Shown here piece after piece: positions 24,091 to 32,731 of a DNA stretch of 33,690 nucleotides. This DNA comes from Thermoplasmata archaeon (GTDB lineage Archaea; Thermoplasmatota; Thermoplasmata; Lutacidiplasmatales; UBA184): the NCBI GenBank assembly GCA_030039135.1, contig JASHQN010000059.1, positions 1-33,690 of the forward strand. The letters run 5' to 3'. The position numbers and the translations under genes were made by a program. How positions within the stretch are numbered: position 1 is the stretch's first letter; every line of letters starts with the position of its first letter. The notes under the pieces are model-generated. The model searched no databases and was not told where the DNA came from. It worked only from the letters and a program-made list of their open reading frames with translations.

Positions 24091-25187
24091 GGTGGACCCG
24101 CATCCTCGCCGACTTCAAGATCGTGGTCCGTTCGTACGTGCGGAACCCGGTCGCGCTGTTCTTCTCGCTGATCTTTCCGATCATCCTGATCGCGCTCTTC
24201 GGGCTCATCTTTTCCGGCTCAGGGACGGCCGTGATCCCGATGACGGTCCTCAATCTCGACCACAACTCCCCCGCGAGCCAGGAGTTCATGGACGCGCTCA
24301 ACAGCACGTCGTTCGTCAAGCTCTCGTTCGTCAACTGGAGCGCGTCGAGCTTCGCGGCGAACCTGGGGGCGAACGACGACACCGTCGGCCTCATCATCCC
24401 AGAAGGGTTCGAAGCGAACTTCACGGCGCATCGACCGGTGAACGTGACGCTCTACACCGATCCCGAGGACGCGGCCTCGGCGGGCCAAGCGGTCTTCGTG
24501 GTCTCCGAGGTCACGAACGCCTTCAACCTGAAGGCCGCGAACGGGAGCGCGATCCTCGGGGTGAACACCGAGAACGTCGGTAGCCCGGTCTACACGTACA
24601 TCGACTACCTCATCCCGGGCCTCATTGGATTCTCGATCCTCACGAGCCCGATGTTCTCGATGGTCGACATCGCGGCGTCGTACCGCAAGGAAGGGATCTT
24701 CCGCCAGCTCTCCCTGACCCCGCTCACACGGGCCGAGTGGCTCTCGTCGCACATCCTGTGGTACATGAGCCTCACGTTCGTGACCGCGGGGATCATGATC
24801 GGGGCCGGGATCGTGCTCTTCGGGGCGCACGTCACCGTCTCGCTGGGCCTGATCCCCTTCCTCGTCGCCGGGCCGTTCCTCTTCGTGTCGCTCGGCATGC
24901 TCATGGGGTCCGTCGCGAAGACCCCCGAGAGCGCGGCTCTCATCGGAAACATCGTCACCTTCCCGATGATGTTCCTCTCGGGAACCTTCTTCCCGGTCTC
25001 GGACTTCCCGCCCGGGCTCCAGGCGTTTGCCCACGTTCTGCCGCTCTACTACGTGATCGACGGAATGAACCAGGTGATGCTGTTCGCCAACGCCGCTCGG
25101 GCCCTCACCGACGTCCTCGTCGTCTTCGGCATCGCCGTCGTGTTCTTCCTGCTCGCGATCCGGTTCTTCCAATGGCGGGACGAGTGA
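24087..25187 (+). CDS. ABC-2 type transporter permease
   Basis: ATGA overlap with the ATPase stop. One N-terminal TM helix, a large external loop (with N-x-S/T sequons) and five C-terminal TM helices, which is the typical ABC-2 topology. Confidence 0.85.
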   Translation: MRWTRILADFKIVVRSYVRNPVALFFSLIFPIILIALFGLIFSGSGTAVIPMTVLNLDHNSPASQEFMDALNSTSFVKLSFVNWSASSFAANLGANDDTVGLIIPEGFEANFTAHRPVNVTLYTDPEDAASAGQAVFVVSEVTNAFNLKAANGSAILGVNTENVGSPVYTYIDYLIPGLIGFSILTSPMFSMVDIAASYRKEGIFRQLSLTPLTRAEWLSSHILWYMSLTFVTAGIMIGAGIVLFGAHVTVSLGLIPFLVAGPFLFVSLGMLMGSVAKTPESAALIGNIVTFPMMFLSGTFFPVSDFPPGLQAFAHVLPLYYVIDGMNQVMLFANAARALTDVLVVFGIAVVFFLLAIRFFQWRDE

Positions 25188-25720
25188 CGGCGGCCGGGCC
25201 CGCCCCCCCGGTCGATCCGGCCCGGTTTCGCGGCCTCATGGCGCGCTGGGCGACGGGCGTATCGGTCGTGACGGCCCATCAAGGGCCGGGCGACGCGGGT
25301 CTCACCGTCAACGCGTTGTTGTCGGTCTCGCTCACCCCTCCGTCGCTCCTCGTCAGCGTGTCGCGCGACGCCGACACCCTCGCCGCGATCACCGCGAGTG
25401 GCCGGTTCGGGGTGAGCTTCCTCGCGGCCGATCAACGACCCCTGAGCGAGCGGTTTGCGGCTCCCGTATCCGCGGAAGAGAAGTTCCGGGGCGTCGCGAT
25501 CCATCGCGCGCCCGGCGGGAGCCCTCTCCTCGACGGGTCGATCGGCGCGGTCGAGTGTCGCCTCGCCCAACAGATCCCGGCGTTCGACCATGTGCTCCTG
25601 ATCGGAGAGGTCCTGCACGCGGAACTGGGCGGCGACCGGCCCCCCCTCGTCTTCTTCCGATCGAGCTACGCCACGGCGGAGGGCGCCGATCGCCTAGGCC
25701 TGCCACCTTCGCGCGCCTAG
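25172..25720 (+). CDS. Flavin reductase-like (FMN-binding split-barrel) protein
   Basis: [17 protein letters not shown]...[22 protein letters not shown]...[10 protein letters not shown]...HVLLIGEV matches the flavin reductase domain pattern. The start is ATG 25172 (16-nt overlap) or GTG 25184 (GTGA overlap with the permease stop). Confidence 0.75.
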   Translation: MAGRVTAAGPAPPVDPARFRGLMARWATGVSVVTAHQGPGDAGLTVNALLSVSLTPPSLLVSVSRDADTLAAITASGRFGVSFLAADQRPLSERFAAPVSAEEKFRGVAIHRAPGGSPLLDGSIGAVECRLAQQIPAFDHVLLIGEVLHAELGGDRPPLVFFRSSYATAEGADRLGLPPSRA

Positions 25721-25729
25721 AGACGGGGC

Positions 25730-25734
25730 TTTAA
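25730..25734 (+). promoter_or_regulatory. TATA-like box upstream of trxB (leaderless spacing)
   Basis: tttaa is flanked by gggg/cccc and centred 26 nt upstream of the ATG at 25758. Confidence 0.35.
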
Positions 25735-25757
25735 CCCCCCCGGGCCCTCGTACGCTG

Positions 25758-26765
25758 ATGGCGACGGCCCCCACCCGGGCTCGCGTCGTGATCGCCGGCA
25801 GCGGGCCTGCCGGTCTCACGGCGGCGCTCTACGCCGCGCGGGCCGAGCTCGCCCCGGTGGTGATCTCGGGGGTTCCCGCGGGTGGTCAACTCTTGATCAC
25901 GACCGACGTGGAGAACTATCCGGGCTTCCCCGAGGGGATCCAGGGGCCCGAACTCGTCGATCGCATGCGGCGCCAGGCCTCCCGGTTCGGCGCGACCTTC
26001 GTCGACGACAACGTGACCCGCGTCGACCTCTCACGCCGGCCGTTCCGCGTCATCACCGGGGTGAGCGGGGAGTGGCTCGCGGACGCGCTCATCGTCGCGA
26101 CCGGCGCGACCGCGCGATGGCTCGGCCTCCCGTCGGAGACCGCGCTCAAAGGTCACGGGGTCTCCGCGTGCGCGACGTGCGATGGGTTCTTCTTCAAAGG
26201 GATGCCGCTCGCAGTGGTCGGGGGCGGCGACACGGCGATGGAGGAGGCACTGTTCCTCACGAACTTCGCTACCCACGTTACGATTGTCCACCGACGCGAC
26301 GAGCTCCGGGCGAGCCGGATCATGCAGGACCGCGCGCAGCATCACCCGAAGATCTCGTTCCGCTTGGGAGCGGAGGTCGTCGAGGTGCTAGGAAAGCAAG
26401 CCGTCGAGGGGGTTCGAGTGCGGGACGTCGCGACGGGCGCGACCTCGGAACTGGCGGTCCGAGGTCTCTTCATCGCGATCGGCTACGACCCGGCGACCGA
26501 GGTCTTCCGCGGCGTGCTCGATCTCGACGAGAAGGGGTACGTCCGCGTCCACGATTTCACGCGGACGAGCGTCGACGGCGTGTTCGCGGCCGGGGACGTC
26601 CACGATCACCGCTACCGTCAAGCGGTCACGGCCGCGGGGGCCGGTTGCATGGCCGCGATCGATGCCGAACGGTGGCTCGCCGAGCATGCGTACGCGGAGG
26701 CCCGGGCCTCGTCCGGAGCAACGACTCCTGCCGTCCGAATGCGACGGCCGGCGGCTCCGGGCTAG
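25758..26765 (+). CDS. trxB: Thioredoxin-disulfide reductase
   Basis: FAD motif [12 protein letters not shown], redox-active CATCDG, NAD(P)H motif [13 protein letters not shown]-terminal FAAGDV. Confidence 0.9.
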   Translation: MATAPTRARVVIAGSGPAGLTAALYAARAELAPVVISGVPAGGQLLITTDVENYPGFPEGIQGPELVDRMRRQASRFGATFVDDNVTRVDLSRRPFRVITGVSGEWLADALIVATGATARWLGLPSETALKGHGVSACATCDGFFFKGMPLAVVGGGDTAMEEALFLTNFATHVTIVHRRDELRASRIMQDRAQHHPKISFRLGAEVVEVLGKQAVEGVRVRDVATGATSELAVRGLFIAIGYDPATEVFRGVLDLDEKGYVRVHDFTRTSVDGVFAAGDVHDHRYRQAVTAAGAGCMAAIDAERWLAEHAYAEARASSGATTPAVRMRRPAAPG

Positions 26766-26767
26766 AG

Positions 26768-26788
26768 TTTAATACCGGCCGGGCCGGT
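26768..26788 (+). promoter_or_regulatory. TATA-like box abutting a 15-nt palindrome upstream of the ferredoxin gene
   Basis: tttaata (26768-26774) is followed directly by accggcc-g-ggccggt (26774-26788, perfect 7-bp arms). gagagg lies 8 nt upstream of the GTG at 26808. The palindrome is also only 9 nt past the trxB stop. Confidence 0.35.
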
Positions 26789-26807
26789 CCAAAGAGAGGT
26801 CGACCGA

Positions 26808-26999
26808 GTGCCGAACAAGAAGAGCCTCCACATCGAGAGCTCGGGGCAGCTCTGCATCTACTGTGGTGCGTGCGTCGGGATCTGCCCCCTCAACTGCATC
26901 TACCTCGACGAGACCCGGATCACGTTCGACGAGCGGATCTGCACCCGGTGCGAGATCTGCGTGCGCGCCTGCCCGGTCGGCGCGATCGAGATCGGCTGA
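26808..26999 (+). CDS. 2x[4Fe-4S] ferredoxin
   Basis: Two CxxCxxCxxxCP motifs (CIYCGACVGICP, CTRCEICVRACP) in 63 aa. Confidence 0.9.
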   Translation: MPNKKSLHIESSGQLCIYCGACVGICPLNCIYLDETRITFDERICTRCEICVRACPVGAIEIG

Positions 27000-27026
27000 G
27001 GCGAGGTCGCGAACCGAAGGACGAGC

Positions 27027-28214
27027 ATGCTGGACCAGAAGACGGACGTGCTGGTCATCGGCGCCGGCCCGGCCGGAAGCATGACGGCGAAGTGGGCCGC
27101 GAAGCACGGCGCGAAGGTGCTGATGATCGAGAAGCGCCAGGAGATCGGCAGCCCCGTTCGCTGCGGCGAGGGGATGAGCAAGGAGTGGCTCCCCGAGGTC
27201 GGCATCCGACCGGGCAAGTGGATCAACGTGGAGGTCGAGGGGGCCCGGATCTTCTCCCCGAGCGAGAAGGTTTTCGAGATCAACGAGAAGGACGCGGGCA
27301 ACGAGGTCGGCTACGTCGTCGAGCGGGACGGGTTCGACAAACAGCTCGCGATCGATGCCGCCAACGAGGGCGTGGATGTCGTTCTGAAAACCGCCGCGGT
27401 CGCGGTCCTGAAGGAGGGCAAACGGATCGTGGGGGCGCGCGTCAAACAGTTCGGCGAGACGTTCGAGATCCGGGCCCCGATCACGATCGGCGCGGACGGC
27501 TTCGAGAGCCAGGTCGGCCGCTGGGCCGGCCTCCCGACGAACCTCCAGCTCCGGGACATGGACACGTGTCTCCAGTACCGGATGACGAACGTCGACTGCG
27601 ACACTCGCTACTGCGACTTCTACCTCGGCAAGGTCGCTCCGGGGGGCTACGTCTGGGTCTTCCCCAAAGACCAGGGCCTCGCGAACGTCGGGATCGGCGT
27701 GCAGGTCAGCCAGCTGAAGTCGATGGCCGAGGCCCGTTCCTATCTCGATGCCTGGATCGACAAGCACCCGGGGTATGCCAAGGGGAAGAAAATCGACATC
27801 GTCGGCGGGGGCGTGTCGATCTCGGCGCCGCTCAAGCAGACGGTGACCGACGGGTTCATGCTGGTCGGCGATGCCGCGCGGATGATCGATCCCCTCACCG
27901 GAGGCGGGATCGCGAACGGGTGCATCGCCGGTAAGATCTGCGGGGAGGTCGCCGCGCGCGCCGTCGAAGCGAACGACCCCTCGGCCGCGTTCCTCCAGGC
28001 GTACGAGAAGGGCTGGCGGGCCCGACTCGAGGAAAAGCTCTACCGAAACTGGCTCGCGAAGGAGAAGCTCTGCACGATCCCCGACGAGACGTTCGACAAG
28101 ATCATCGACGCGCTCCAGGACGTGCGGCTCGAGAAGCTCTCGGTCCACAACATCCTGAAAGCGGTCCACGAGAAGTATCCGGAAGTGACGAAGGAGTTCG
28201 AGTCGTTCCTCTGA
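27027..28214 (+). CDS. Geranylgeranyl reductase family flavoprotein (digeranylgeranylglycerophospholipid reductase-like)
   Basis: DVLVIGAGPAGSMTA (FAD), PVRCGEG, GGYVWVFPKDQGLANVGIGV (the Y-x-W-x-F-P GGR motif) and LVGDAARMIDPLTGGGI. Confidence 0.85.
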   Translation: MLDQKTDVLVIGAGPAGSMTAKWAAKHGAKVLMIEKRQEIGSPVRCGEGMSKEWLPEVGIRPGKWINVEVEGARIFSPSEKVFEINEKDAGNEVGYVVERDGFDKQLAIDAANEGVDVVLKTAAVAVLKEGKRIVGARVKQFGETFEIRAPITIGADGFESQVGRWAGLPTNLQLRDMDTCLQYRMTNVDCDTRYCDFYLGKVAPGGYVWVFPKDQGLANVGIGVQVSQLKSMAEARSYLDAWIDKHPGYAKGKKIDIVGGGVSISAPLKQTVTDGFMLVGDAARMIDPLTGGGIANGCIAGKICGEVAARAVEANDPSAAFLQAYEKGWRARLEEKLYRNWLAKEKLCTIPDETFDKIIDALQDVRLEKLSVHNILKAVHEKYPEVTKEFESFL

Positions 28215-28233
28215 ACGACCCGAACCACGAGCG

Positions 28234-28878
28234 ATGCCCGGCGCGCCGAACCGTCCCCCCGAAACCGGGCCCGCCCCCGCGCCTCCGACGCTGTTCGCCG
28301 ATCCGCCCGAACGGAAGGTCCTCCGCCGTCTCGCGGCGAGCCGGATCGCGCTCCTCCTGGACCCGTGGAAGGGCGCCCCGAGCCCGGATCTCACGACCCC
28401 CCTCGAAAAAGCCGAAACGGCCTTCGCGTCGGGCGACTTCTCGACCGCGAGCGGGGCCCTCGACATGCTCAGCGTCCGCCTCGCCGAGCCGCGATGGCCG
28501 ACGCTCCCCGAGCCGTTCCGTCGTCTGAGGGTCTCGATCCCCACTCCGATGCCCCCCCACTGGGACCCGGACCACGCGCTCCAGCCGCCGGAACGCGAGG
28601 CGAAACGCGCCCGGTCGGCGGCCGACGACCAGCTCGCGCTCGCCGCGGCGAGCGTCGGCTGGCTCGGTGCGCACCAGATCGAGGTCGCGGACCTCGCTCC
28701 CCGTCTGGATGAGGCGCGCACCATCCTCGGGACCGAGGGCCCGGGAGCTGCGTTCTATGATCGGATCGATGCCGTCTGGGAGGCCGTCCGCGCTCGCGCT
28801 CCGACGCTCCGGCCCGGCGGCCCGCGACCCTCCGCGCGCTCGGTCGCGCCCGCCGAGCCCGAGACGGGCGAGGTCTAG
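28234..28878 (+). CDS. Hypothetical protein (214 aa, no recognisable domain)
   Basis: ATG 19 nt after the GGR stop. Strongly G/C-biased third positions in this frame. Pro-rich ends and a helical-looking core. The competing antisense ORFs are R/G-rich artefacts. Confidence 0.6.
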   Translation: MPGAPNRPPETGPAPAPPTLFADPPERKVLRRLAASRIALLLDPWKGAPSPDLTTPLEKAETAFASGDFSTASGALDMLSVRLAEPRWPTLPEPFRRLRVSIPTPMPPHWDPDHALQPPEREAKRARSAADDQLALAAASVGWLGAHQIEVADLAPRLDEARTILGTEGPGAAFYDRIDAVWEAVRARAPTLRPGGPRPSARSVAPAEPETGEV

Positions 28879-28882
28879 GATC

Positions 28883-29233
28883 GTGGGCGACGAGGGCTCA
28901 GCCCCGGGCCCGCGCCGGGTGCGCCGAGGAGAGGGGGAACTGGCCGACTGGCCGCGAGGCCTTCTCGGCTACACGCCGACCGGACCGGACGGATCGACCC
29001 CTTCGGACGAAGAAGACCGACTGGCGAACCGGCTGCGTCTCGCCGCTCGGCTCCTCGGCGTTCTGCGGTCCGAGGGACAATCGGTCGAGGGACCGCTCGC
29101 CGTCCTCCGCGACGCCCAGAGCGCGCTCGACCGGGGGGATCGCCCCCGCGCGGCCGCCCTCGTCAACCGCGTGATGGCGGAACTCGAGCGTTCGCCCGAG
29201 GGCCGGCCCGAACGCGGGCCGGCAACGGTTTAA
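28883..29233 (+). CDS. Hypothetical protein (about 116 aa, no recognisable domain)
   Basis: GTG 4 nt after the previous stop, in frame with the track ORF 28667-29233. GC3-rich. The start is uncertain. Confidence 0.45.
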   Translation: MGDEGSAPGPRRVRRGEGELADWPRGLLGYTPTGPDGSTPSDEEDRLANRLRLAARLLGVLRSEGQSVEGPLAVLRDAQSALDRGDRPRAAALVNRVMAELERSPEGRPERGPATV

Positions 29234-29260
29234 GTCCCCAACCCCCGTCCCCGCGGGTCG

Positions 29261-30265
29261 ATGGCCGCGGGGCGGTTCGGGACCTTCTCCATCGTGGCGT
29301 ACGACCGCGACAGTGCTTCCTGGGGCGTCGCGGTCCAGTCGAAGTTCATCGCGGTCGGGTCGGTCGTGCCGTGGGCCGAGGCCGGGGTCGGAGCGATCGC
29401 GACCCAGGCTGACGCGAACGTCGCCTACGGGCCGGAGGGGTTGCGTCGCCTTCGGGACGGGGCGAGCGCGTCGGACGTCGTTCGCGTCCTGACCGAGGCC
29501 GACCCCGGCCGCGACGAACGACAGCTCGGCGTGGTCGACGCGAAGGGAGGCGCCGCGGCCCATACCGGCGCGAAGTGCCTGGAGTGGGCCGGGCACGAGG
29601 TAGGGAACGGGTTCGCGTGCCAGGGGAACATCCTGTTCGGTCCGGCGGTGGTCCGCTCGATGGCGCGCGCCTACGAGACGACGCCGGGCGACCTCTTGGA
29701 CCGCCTCCTTGCCGCGCTTTCGGCCGGTCAACGGGAGGGAGGCGACCGTCGGGGCATGCAGTCCGCGGCCCTCCTCATCGTTCGTGCCCATGCAGGGTAC
29801 GGTCACGAGGGGGACCGGTGGGTCGACCTGCGGGTCGACGACCACCCCTCGCCGATCGAGGAGCTGAAGCGGATCGTCAAACTCTACGACCTCACGATAC
29901 TCGAGCGCGAGGACCCCGCTACCCTGGTGCCGATCGAGGGCGAACTCGCCCTCTCGTTGCAGCACGACCTCGCCGTCCTCGGGTACTATTCGGGACGGTT
30001 CACGGGCTCATGGGACGAGCCGAGCCGGGACGCGTTCGTCCGGTTCCTCCACGAGCACAACTTCGAGAACAAGGAACGGGCCGACGGCAAGGTCTGGCCC
30101 TCGATCGTGGCGTACCTGCGCGAGCAGGCTGCCGCGGAGACCGCGCGCCGGACTCGAACCGCGCCGATCGTGCCCGGGGCGCTCAGCCGAGGTCCTGGGG
30201 CCCAGCCGAAGGGGGCGAGCGCATCGCCGGAGAAACCCACCGCCAAACGAACGAAGTCGAGGTGA
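29261..30265 (+). CDS. DUF1028-type Ntn-hydrolase-fold protein with a C-terminal peptidoglycan-binding-like domain
   Basis: N-terminus MAAGRFG-TFSIVAYDRDSASWGVAVQSKF matches the TFSIVA...GVAV.S start of the DUF1028 family. C-terminus LSLQHDLAVLGYYSGRFTGSWDEPSRDAFVRFLHEHNF fits the PG_binding_1 pattern. tttaag is centred about 30 nt upstream. Confidence 0.7.
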   Translation: MAAGRFGTFSIVAYDRDSASWGVAVQSKFIAVGSVVPWAEAGVGAIATQADANVAYGPEGLRRLRDGASASDVVRVLTEADPGRDERQLGVVDAKGGAAAHTGAKCLEWAGHEVGNGFACQGNILFGPAVVRSMARAYETTPGDLLDRLLAALSAGQREGGDRRGMQSAALLIVRAHAGYGHEGDRWVDLRVDDHPSPIEELKRIVKLYDLTILEREDPATLVPIEGELALSLQHDLAVLGYYSGRFTGSWDEPSRDAFVRFLHEHNFENKERADGKVWPSIVAYLREQAAAETARRTRTAPIVPGALSRGPGAQPKGASASPEKPTAKRTKSR

Positions 30266-30519
30266 CCGTCCGCCTCTCCCGGTCCTACGCGACCTCCGCG
30301 GAGGCGCGCCGTCTGGCCGCGGCGCTCGCGGCCGACAACCCGCCGTTCGTCCGGGTGGAGGTCGGAGGTCGGACGATCGTCGTCCGACTGCGCGTTCGGA
30401 GTGCCGCGAGCGCCCGGGCGACCCTCGACGATCTCCTCGCCTGTGCTCAAGCCGCCGAGCGGGCCGGGGCGATGGCCGGACCGCCGGCGTCCCGAACGCG
30501 CGGCGCCGCGCGTAAGTAG
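30262..30519 (+). CDS. pcc1: KEOPS subunit Pcc1-like small protein
   Basis: 85 aa, with GTGA overlap to the upstream stop. It aligns by eye to archaeal Pcc1: YATSAEARRLAAALAADNP / VEVGGRTIVVRLRVRSAASARATLDDLLACAQAA against FPSEDVAKVVYEAV / LEGKKIILDIKATDSSALRGTVNSYLRWIKAA. Confidence 0.5.
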   Translation: MTVRLSRSYATSAEARRLAAALAADNPPFVRVEVGGRTIVVRLRVRSAASARATLDDLLACAQAAERAGAMAGPPASRTRGAARK

Positions 30520-30545
30520 GCGCGCCCGTTCGTGGGCCGGTCCTC

Positions 30546-31358
30546 ATGATCCCTGCCCCGCCCCGACGTTCCGATGGCGCCGTGGCGAGGTATGTGGCGG
30601 GGGTCGTGATCACCGTCGTCGCGATCCTGAGCCAGTACTTCGTACCCGAGCTCTGGCCAGCGACCCGGGTGGTGTACGGGAACCTACCCTGCGACCTCTT
30701 CGTCGTCTACGGAATCCCGGTGATCTCCTTCGCGGTGCTGGTCGGTGCCGGGCCGCTCCGCGCGTGGGCGAGCCGGATCGGGACGGCCGCGGTCGAAGGG
30801 CTCCGTTGGTACGGGTTGCTCTCTGTCCTGGCGCTCGTGATCGTCCTCTTCCTCGCGATCGGCTACGAGATCGTCGACCCGGCGGCGTTGAAGCTCCTCA
30901 ATCGGCCGAACCCGGCGCTCACGCAAGCGATGGGGGATCCGTGGTTCTGGGTCGGATTCTCGTTCGTGGTGGGCGCGTTCGAGGAGACGATTTTCCGCGG
31001 ATGGATCTATGGATTTTGGCAGAGCCGGGCCGCCTCCTGGCTGACCCCGGCGATCGGATCGAGCGCAATCTTCGCCGGGGTCCACCTCTACTACGGGACC
31101 ACGTACGGCATCGCCGCGCCGCTGATCTTTCCGGGTCTATTCCTGCTCGGGTTCGCCTTCGCCGCGACCTACCGCTTCTCGGGCGGCAACCTCGTCGTCG
31201 TCGCCCTCCTTCACGGCGCCAACGACGCGACCGCGTTCTACACGCTCATCAACTCGACCCTCGGGGTCGTCCTGCACTACGTCCTCATTTTCGTGGGCGT
31301 CATCGTCGCGGTCGTGCTCTACGCACGTCGGCCGAGCCCGCCGATCCCGACGATCTAG
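30546..31358 (+). CDS. CPBP family (CAAX/Abi) intramembrane protease
   Basis: Polytopic membrane protein with the three family motifs: EETIFRGWIYG (EExxxR), SSAIFAGVHLYY (FxxxH) and LLHGANDA (HxxxN/D). Confidence 0.85.
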   Translation: MIPAPPRRSDGAVARYVAGVVITVVAILSQYFVPELWPATRVVYGNLPCDLFVVYGIPVISFAVLVGAGPLRAWASRIGTAAVEGLRWYGLLSVLALVIVLFLAIGYEIVDPAALKLLNRPNPALTQAMGDPWFWVGFSFVVGAFEETIFRGWIYGFWQSRAASWLTPAIGSSAIFAGVHLYYGTTYGIAAPLIFPGLFLLGFAFAATYRFSGGNLVVVALLHGANDATAFYTLINSTLGVVLHYVLIFVGVIVAVVLYARRPSPPIPTI

Positions 31359-31484
31359 CCGACTCGGTCCCCCGCCCGCGCGGTCGAAGGGTACCGGGCG
31401 GAGAAGGGGCCCCGCGACGCGAACACTTGGCCCGTTCCCCGGCGCGGGCGAACCGTCTTGTAAGCCCCGGTCGTCGGCCGCGGG

Positions 31485-31919
31485 ATGGATCCGACGGACG
31501 CGGAGCTCCGGGAGGTGCTGGCTCGCGCTCGCACGATCGCCGTGGTCGGGCTTTCCGACAAGCCCGACCGGGACTCGAACGAGGTCGCCCGGTACCTGCG
31601 TTCCCAGGGGTATCGCATCATCCCCGTCAACCCGCTCGTTCCCGAGGTCCTCGGCGAGACGTCGTATCCGTCGGTGAGCGCGATCCCCGAGACCGAACGG
31701 ATCGACATCGTCGACGTGTTCCGGCACAGCGACCAGCTCCCGGCGATCGCGACCGAGGCGATCCGTCGTGAGGTCCCCGTGCTCTGGATGCAGCTGGGCG
31801 TCCAGAACGCCGACGCGGCCACTGCGATCCGGCGGGCGGGGGGCCGCGCGTTCGAGAACCTCTGCATCATGACCCAGCACCGGCGACTGCACATCCCGCC
31901 CGTGGGCCGTTCCGCCTGA
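31485..31919 (+). CDS. CoA-binding domain protein (YccU/YneT-like)
   Basis: ARTIAVVGLSDKPDRDSNEVARYLRSQGYRIIPVNP...VDVFR...LWMQLGV is the typical single-domain CoA-binding pattern. Confidence 0.8.
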   Translation: MDPTDAELREVLARARTIAVVGLSDKPDRDSNEVARYLRSQGYRIIPVNPLVPEVLGETSYPSVSAIPETERIDIVDVFRHSDQLPAIATEAIRREVPVLWMQLGVQNADAATAIRRAGGRAFENLCIMTQHRRLHIPPVGRSA

Positions 31920-31927
31920 TCGGGTCC

Positions 31928-32731
31928 ATGGCGGCGGCTGCGTCCTCGATCGCGCCGACGCCCACCGTCCCCCGCCCGGATTCCCCACGGGCCGGGCTCG
32001 TCCGGGATACGGGGGCCGTCCGTCGAGATTCGGTCCGGGCGACGCGGTGGATCGCCTCCGGGGCGGTCAAGGTGCTCGGGAACGTCGACATCGATCAGGG
32101 CTCGGTCGCGGGGCTCACCAGCGTCGCCGGCAGGCTCTCGGCGTCGAGCCTGAGCGTCCGGGGCACCCTCGAGGTCGACGGAACGGGCGACGTCCGGGGA
32201 AGCTTCTCGGGTGTTGGGACCCTGCGGTTTGCCGGTGCGTTCCATGCCGCGTCCGCTTCCGTGCGGGGCCACGTCCTCGCATCGGCCGAGCTTCGGGTCG
32301 ACCGGGATCTGCGCGTTACCGGCCTCCTCGAGGCGACCGCAGTGACGGCAGGGCTCATCGACCTCGTCGGCGCCGCGAGCGTGCCGGGCGATCTCGCGGC
32401 CATCGGATCGATCACAGGGCGGTTCAAGGGCGATTCGAACCTCGGTCGGCTGCGCGCGCGCTCGATCGTCCTCCGAGGTCCCCCCGGCGGGTTCGTGCCG
32501 AAGCTGCTGCGCAAGGTCTTCGGGGGCAATGCCACCGTCCGCGCCGAGCGGTTGGAGGCCGAGACGGTCGAGCTCGAGTCGGTCGACGTTGGGTTCGTCC
32601 GGGCGAAATCGATCGCCCTCGGCCCGGACGCGCACGTGGCTGAGCTCGAGGGAACGATCGTCCGCCGGCATCCGAGCGCCCGCGTGGGGCCGGAGTCGCG
32701 CAGCCCGCCGCCGTACGGCCTTTCGCGCTGA
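31928..32731 (+). CDS. Bactofilin-like (polymer-forming beta-helical) protein
   Basis: A Pro/Ala-rich N-terminal tail is followed by about 200 aa of short G/V/S/A-rich beta-strand repeats (GAVKVLGNVDIDQGSVAGLTSVAGRLSASSLSVRGTLEVDGTGDVRGSFSGVGTLRFAG...), characteristic of the bactofilin/DUF583 fold. Confidence 0.55.
   Translation: MAAAASSIAPTPTVPRPDSPRAGLVRDTGAVRRDSVRATRWIASGAVKVLGNVDIDQGSVAGLTSVAGRLSASSLSVRGTLEVDGTGDVRGSFSGVGTLRFAGAFHAASASVRGHVLASAELRVDRDLRVTGLLEATAVTAGLIDLVGAASVPGDLAAIGSITGRFKGDSNLGRLRARSIVLRGPPGGFVPKLLRKVFGGNATVRAERLEAETVELESVDVGFVRAKSIALGPDAHVAELEGTIVRRHPSARVGPESRSPPPYGLSR

Noticed and set aside
32421-32445. tRNA T-arm-like sequence ggttcaagggcgattcgaacctcgg.
   Set aside because: It lies inside the bactofilin-like CDS in a well-supported frame. 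There is no acceptor stem, D-arm or anticodon-arm complementarity around it.
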